The translations under genes were made by a program, and so were the position numbers. The notes beneath the pieces are model-generated. The model saw only the letters and a program-made list of their open reading frames with translations. It was not told the DNA's origin and did not search any database. A DNA stretch of 64,000 nucleotides, from contig CAVOXA010000001.1 in the NCBI GenBank assembly GCA_963700285.1, positions 672,001 to 736,000 on the forward strand. The letters are read 5' to 3'. Within the stretch, counting starts at the first letter, position 1; each line of letters begins with the position of its first letter. This document shows positions 62,192 to 64,000 of this stretch, piece after piece. This DNA comes from an uncultured Chloroflexia bacterium (GTDB taxonomy: Bacteria; Chloroflexota; Anaerolineae; JAAYZQ01).

Positions 62192-63319
62192 ATGGAGCCT
62201 TGTAGTCTCTATATTCACGTGCCTTTTTGCCGGGCCAAATGCGGTTACTGCGATTTCAATTCTTACCCCGATTTGGAGCCATTATACAAAGATTATTCAC
62301 AAGCTCTGGTCCGTGAGTTTGAGATGGCTGGACCCGCAACGCTTCAGACGGTCTATGTGGGGGGTGGTACGCCCACGGTGCTGCCGCCTGAGATTCTGAC
62401 TCGGATTCTGCGGGCGGCTTCCACTGTCCTCGCGGTGGACGCCGAGGTCAGCATCGAGGCCAACCCGGGTACCGTGGACTCGAGCACTCTGGCCCACCTG
62501 CGAGGCATGGGGGTGACCCGCCTCAGCTTGGGGGTGCAGAGTTTTGCGAACCAGGAATTGCGGCTCTTGGGCCGTATCCACACTGCGGAAGAAGCCCTCC
62601 ATGCCTTTCGAGGAGCGCGCTCGGCTGGATTTGACAACATCAATCTGGATCTGATCTACGGGCTGCCGGGGCAGTCGCAGGCTGTGTGGCGGTCCACGCT
62701 GGAACAGGCACTTGCCCTGCAGCCGGAACACCTGTCGCTCTATGCCCTGACTGTCGAGGACGGTACACCCCTGGCAGTGAGCATTGCTCTGGGTGCCGTA
62801 TCCGACCCGGAACCTGATCTGGCAGCAGAAATGTACGAGCACGCGCAATTTTCCTTGGAAAAGGCTGGCTATGAGCAGTATGAGATCTCGAACTGGGCTA
62901 GGGAGAATGGCTACCGCTGCCGGCACAATCTGGTCTATTGGCGGAATGACCCCTACCTGGGTATTGGTGCGGGGGCGCATTCTTGGTGCGGCGGGCGGCG
63001 CTGGGCCAACGTGGCGTCGCCGGGCGAGTATGTGTTCCGGCTGTTTGATGGGCGCGCTCCTGTCGAATCAGAGGAGACCATCGGGCCGACCCTGGAGATG
63101 GGCGAGACGATGATGATGGGGCTGCGGCTGGTGGCTGAAGGCGTCGAGTTTGCACGCTTTCAGGATCGTTTTGGGCTAGATCTCCGCCAGGTATACCAGC
63201 ACGAGTTGTCCGAAGTGGCAGAACTGGGTCTGATTGAAATTGGTGATGAGCGGGTCAGACTCACGAACCGAGGGTGCTTGCTCGGCAACCAGGCATTTTT
63301 TCGATTCTTGCCGGAATAG
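62192..63319 (+). CDS. hemW: Radical SAM heme chaperone HemW (HemN-like)
   Basis: YIHVPFCRAKCGYCDF, GGGTP, EANP, SLGVQS, YEISN, HNLVYW. Confidence 0.93.
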   Translation: MEPCSLYIHVPFCRAKCGYCDFNSYPDLEPLYKDYSQALVREFEMAGPATLQTVYVGGGTPTVLPPEILTRILRAASTVLAVDAEVSIEANPGTVDSSTLAHLRGMGVTRLSLGVQSFANQELRLLGRIHTAEEALHAFRGARSAGFDNINLDLIYGLPGQSQAVWRSTLEQALALQPEHLSLYALTVEDGTPLAVSIALGAVSDPEPDLAAEMYEHAQFSLEKAGYEQYEISNWARENGYRCRHNLVYWRNDPYLGIGAGAHSWCGGRRWANVASPGEYVFRLFDGRAPVESEETIGPTLEMGETMMMGLRLVAEGVEFARFQDRFGLDLRQVYQHELSEVAELGLIEIGDERVRLTNRGCLLGNQAFFRFLPE

Positions 63320-63399
63320 CTCCCATCCCTGGGAGGTCGCGGACCTGCGGTTCGTCCAAGACCTCCGGGGTCTATGATCTTCCGGTACGGGAGGAGTAC

Positions 63400-64000
63400 A
63401 TGAGTGATGGATATGATCCATTGGCCTCGGTGCAGGCAGCAGGACCCCCGGGAACTATCTCCTTCAACTACGGGTTGCCTGACCCGGGGACTTTTCCGGC
63501 CGATGACCTGCAACGGGCTGCCAAGGGGGCGCTTGGGCAGCGCCCCGAACTGGCCCTGCAATACGGGCCGGAGCAGGGCTATGGTCCGCTGATCGATTCA
63601 CTGCGAGAGAAACTGGCTCGCGAAGAGGGACTCGAACTACGGCGGCCGGAGATCATGCTGACCGGCGGTTCGGCGCAGGCGCTTGATCATCTGTGCACGC
63701 TCTATACGCACCTGGGCGACGTGGCGCTGGTCGAGGCGCCCAGCTATCACCAGGCGCTTCAACTCCTGGCCGATCACGAATTGAACCTGGTGCAAGTGCC
63801 TATTGATGACGGCGGTCTGCAGGTAGAGGCCCTGACCGCTTGCCTGGAGGCACTGCCACAGCAGAGTGATAGGAGTGGGCCGCGACCTACTCCGCGTGCC
63901 CGAATTCTGTACGCTATTCCAAACTTTCAAAATCCCAGTGGGGTCACCTTGGCTGCCGAGCGCCGGCGGGCCATACTGGAGCTAGCGGAACGATACGATC
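63400..64000 (+). CDS. PLP-dependent aminotransferase class I/II (partial, runs off window end)
   Basis: Manual translation: MSDGY...ISFNYGLPDPGTFP...ALQYG...TGGSAQAL...VEAPSY...YAIPNFQNPSG. Confidence 0.9.
   Translation, partial: MSDGYDPLASVQAAGPPGTISFNYGLPDPGTFPADDLQRAAKGALGQRPELALQYGPEQGYGPLIDSLREKLAREEGLELRRPEIMLTGGSAQALDHLCTLYTHLGDVALVEAPSYHQALQLLADHELNLVQVPIDDGGLQVEALTACLEALPQQSDRSGPRPTPRARILYAIPNFQNPSGVTLAAERRRAILELAERYD

Overview
GC-rich bacterial chromosomal segment, most consistent with Chloroflexota (Anaerolineae-like); this is inferred from gene content, 'LPLV'-type C-terminal motifs and repeat families. It is mostly housekeeping: csp, ppk1, miaA, fabF, aor, pncB/nadE, an RNase II-family gene, tRNA-fMet/tRNA-Met and hemW. 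No integrase, transposase, prophage or CRISPR is evident. The most notable features are: (1) a three-gene operon of a bacterial XPB helicase plus two large partners (one with SWIM and SAP-like domains) carrying extra copies of XPB's N-terminal 'clutch'/DRD module, resembling a TFIIH-core-like complex; (2) a four-gene signalling cassette consisting of a ~2,650-aa TPR + 9xGAF hybrid kinase, an Hpt protein, a REC + tandem class III cyclase + PDE-like HD protein, and an MFS transporter with a cNMP-binding domain; (3) several families of miniature palindromic repeats, some nested and inserted in frame in genes; (4) a tandem array of a highly structured 96-bp unit; (5) a candidate structured RNA and a small ORF behind divergent sigma70-type promoters. 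Several frameshifts look like assembly-consensus artefacts. All calls come from motif recognition by eye; no searches were run.
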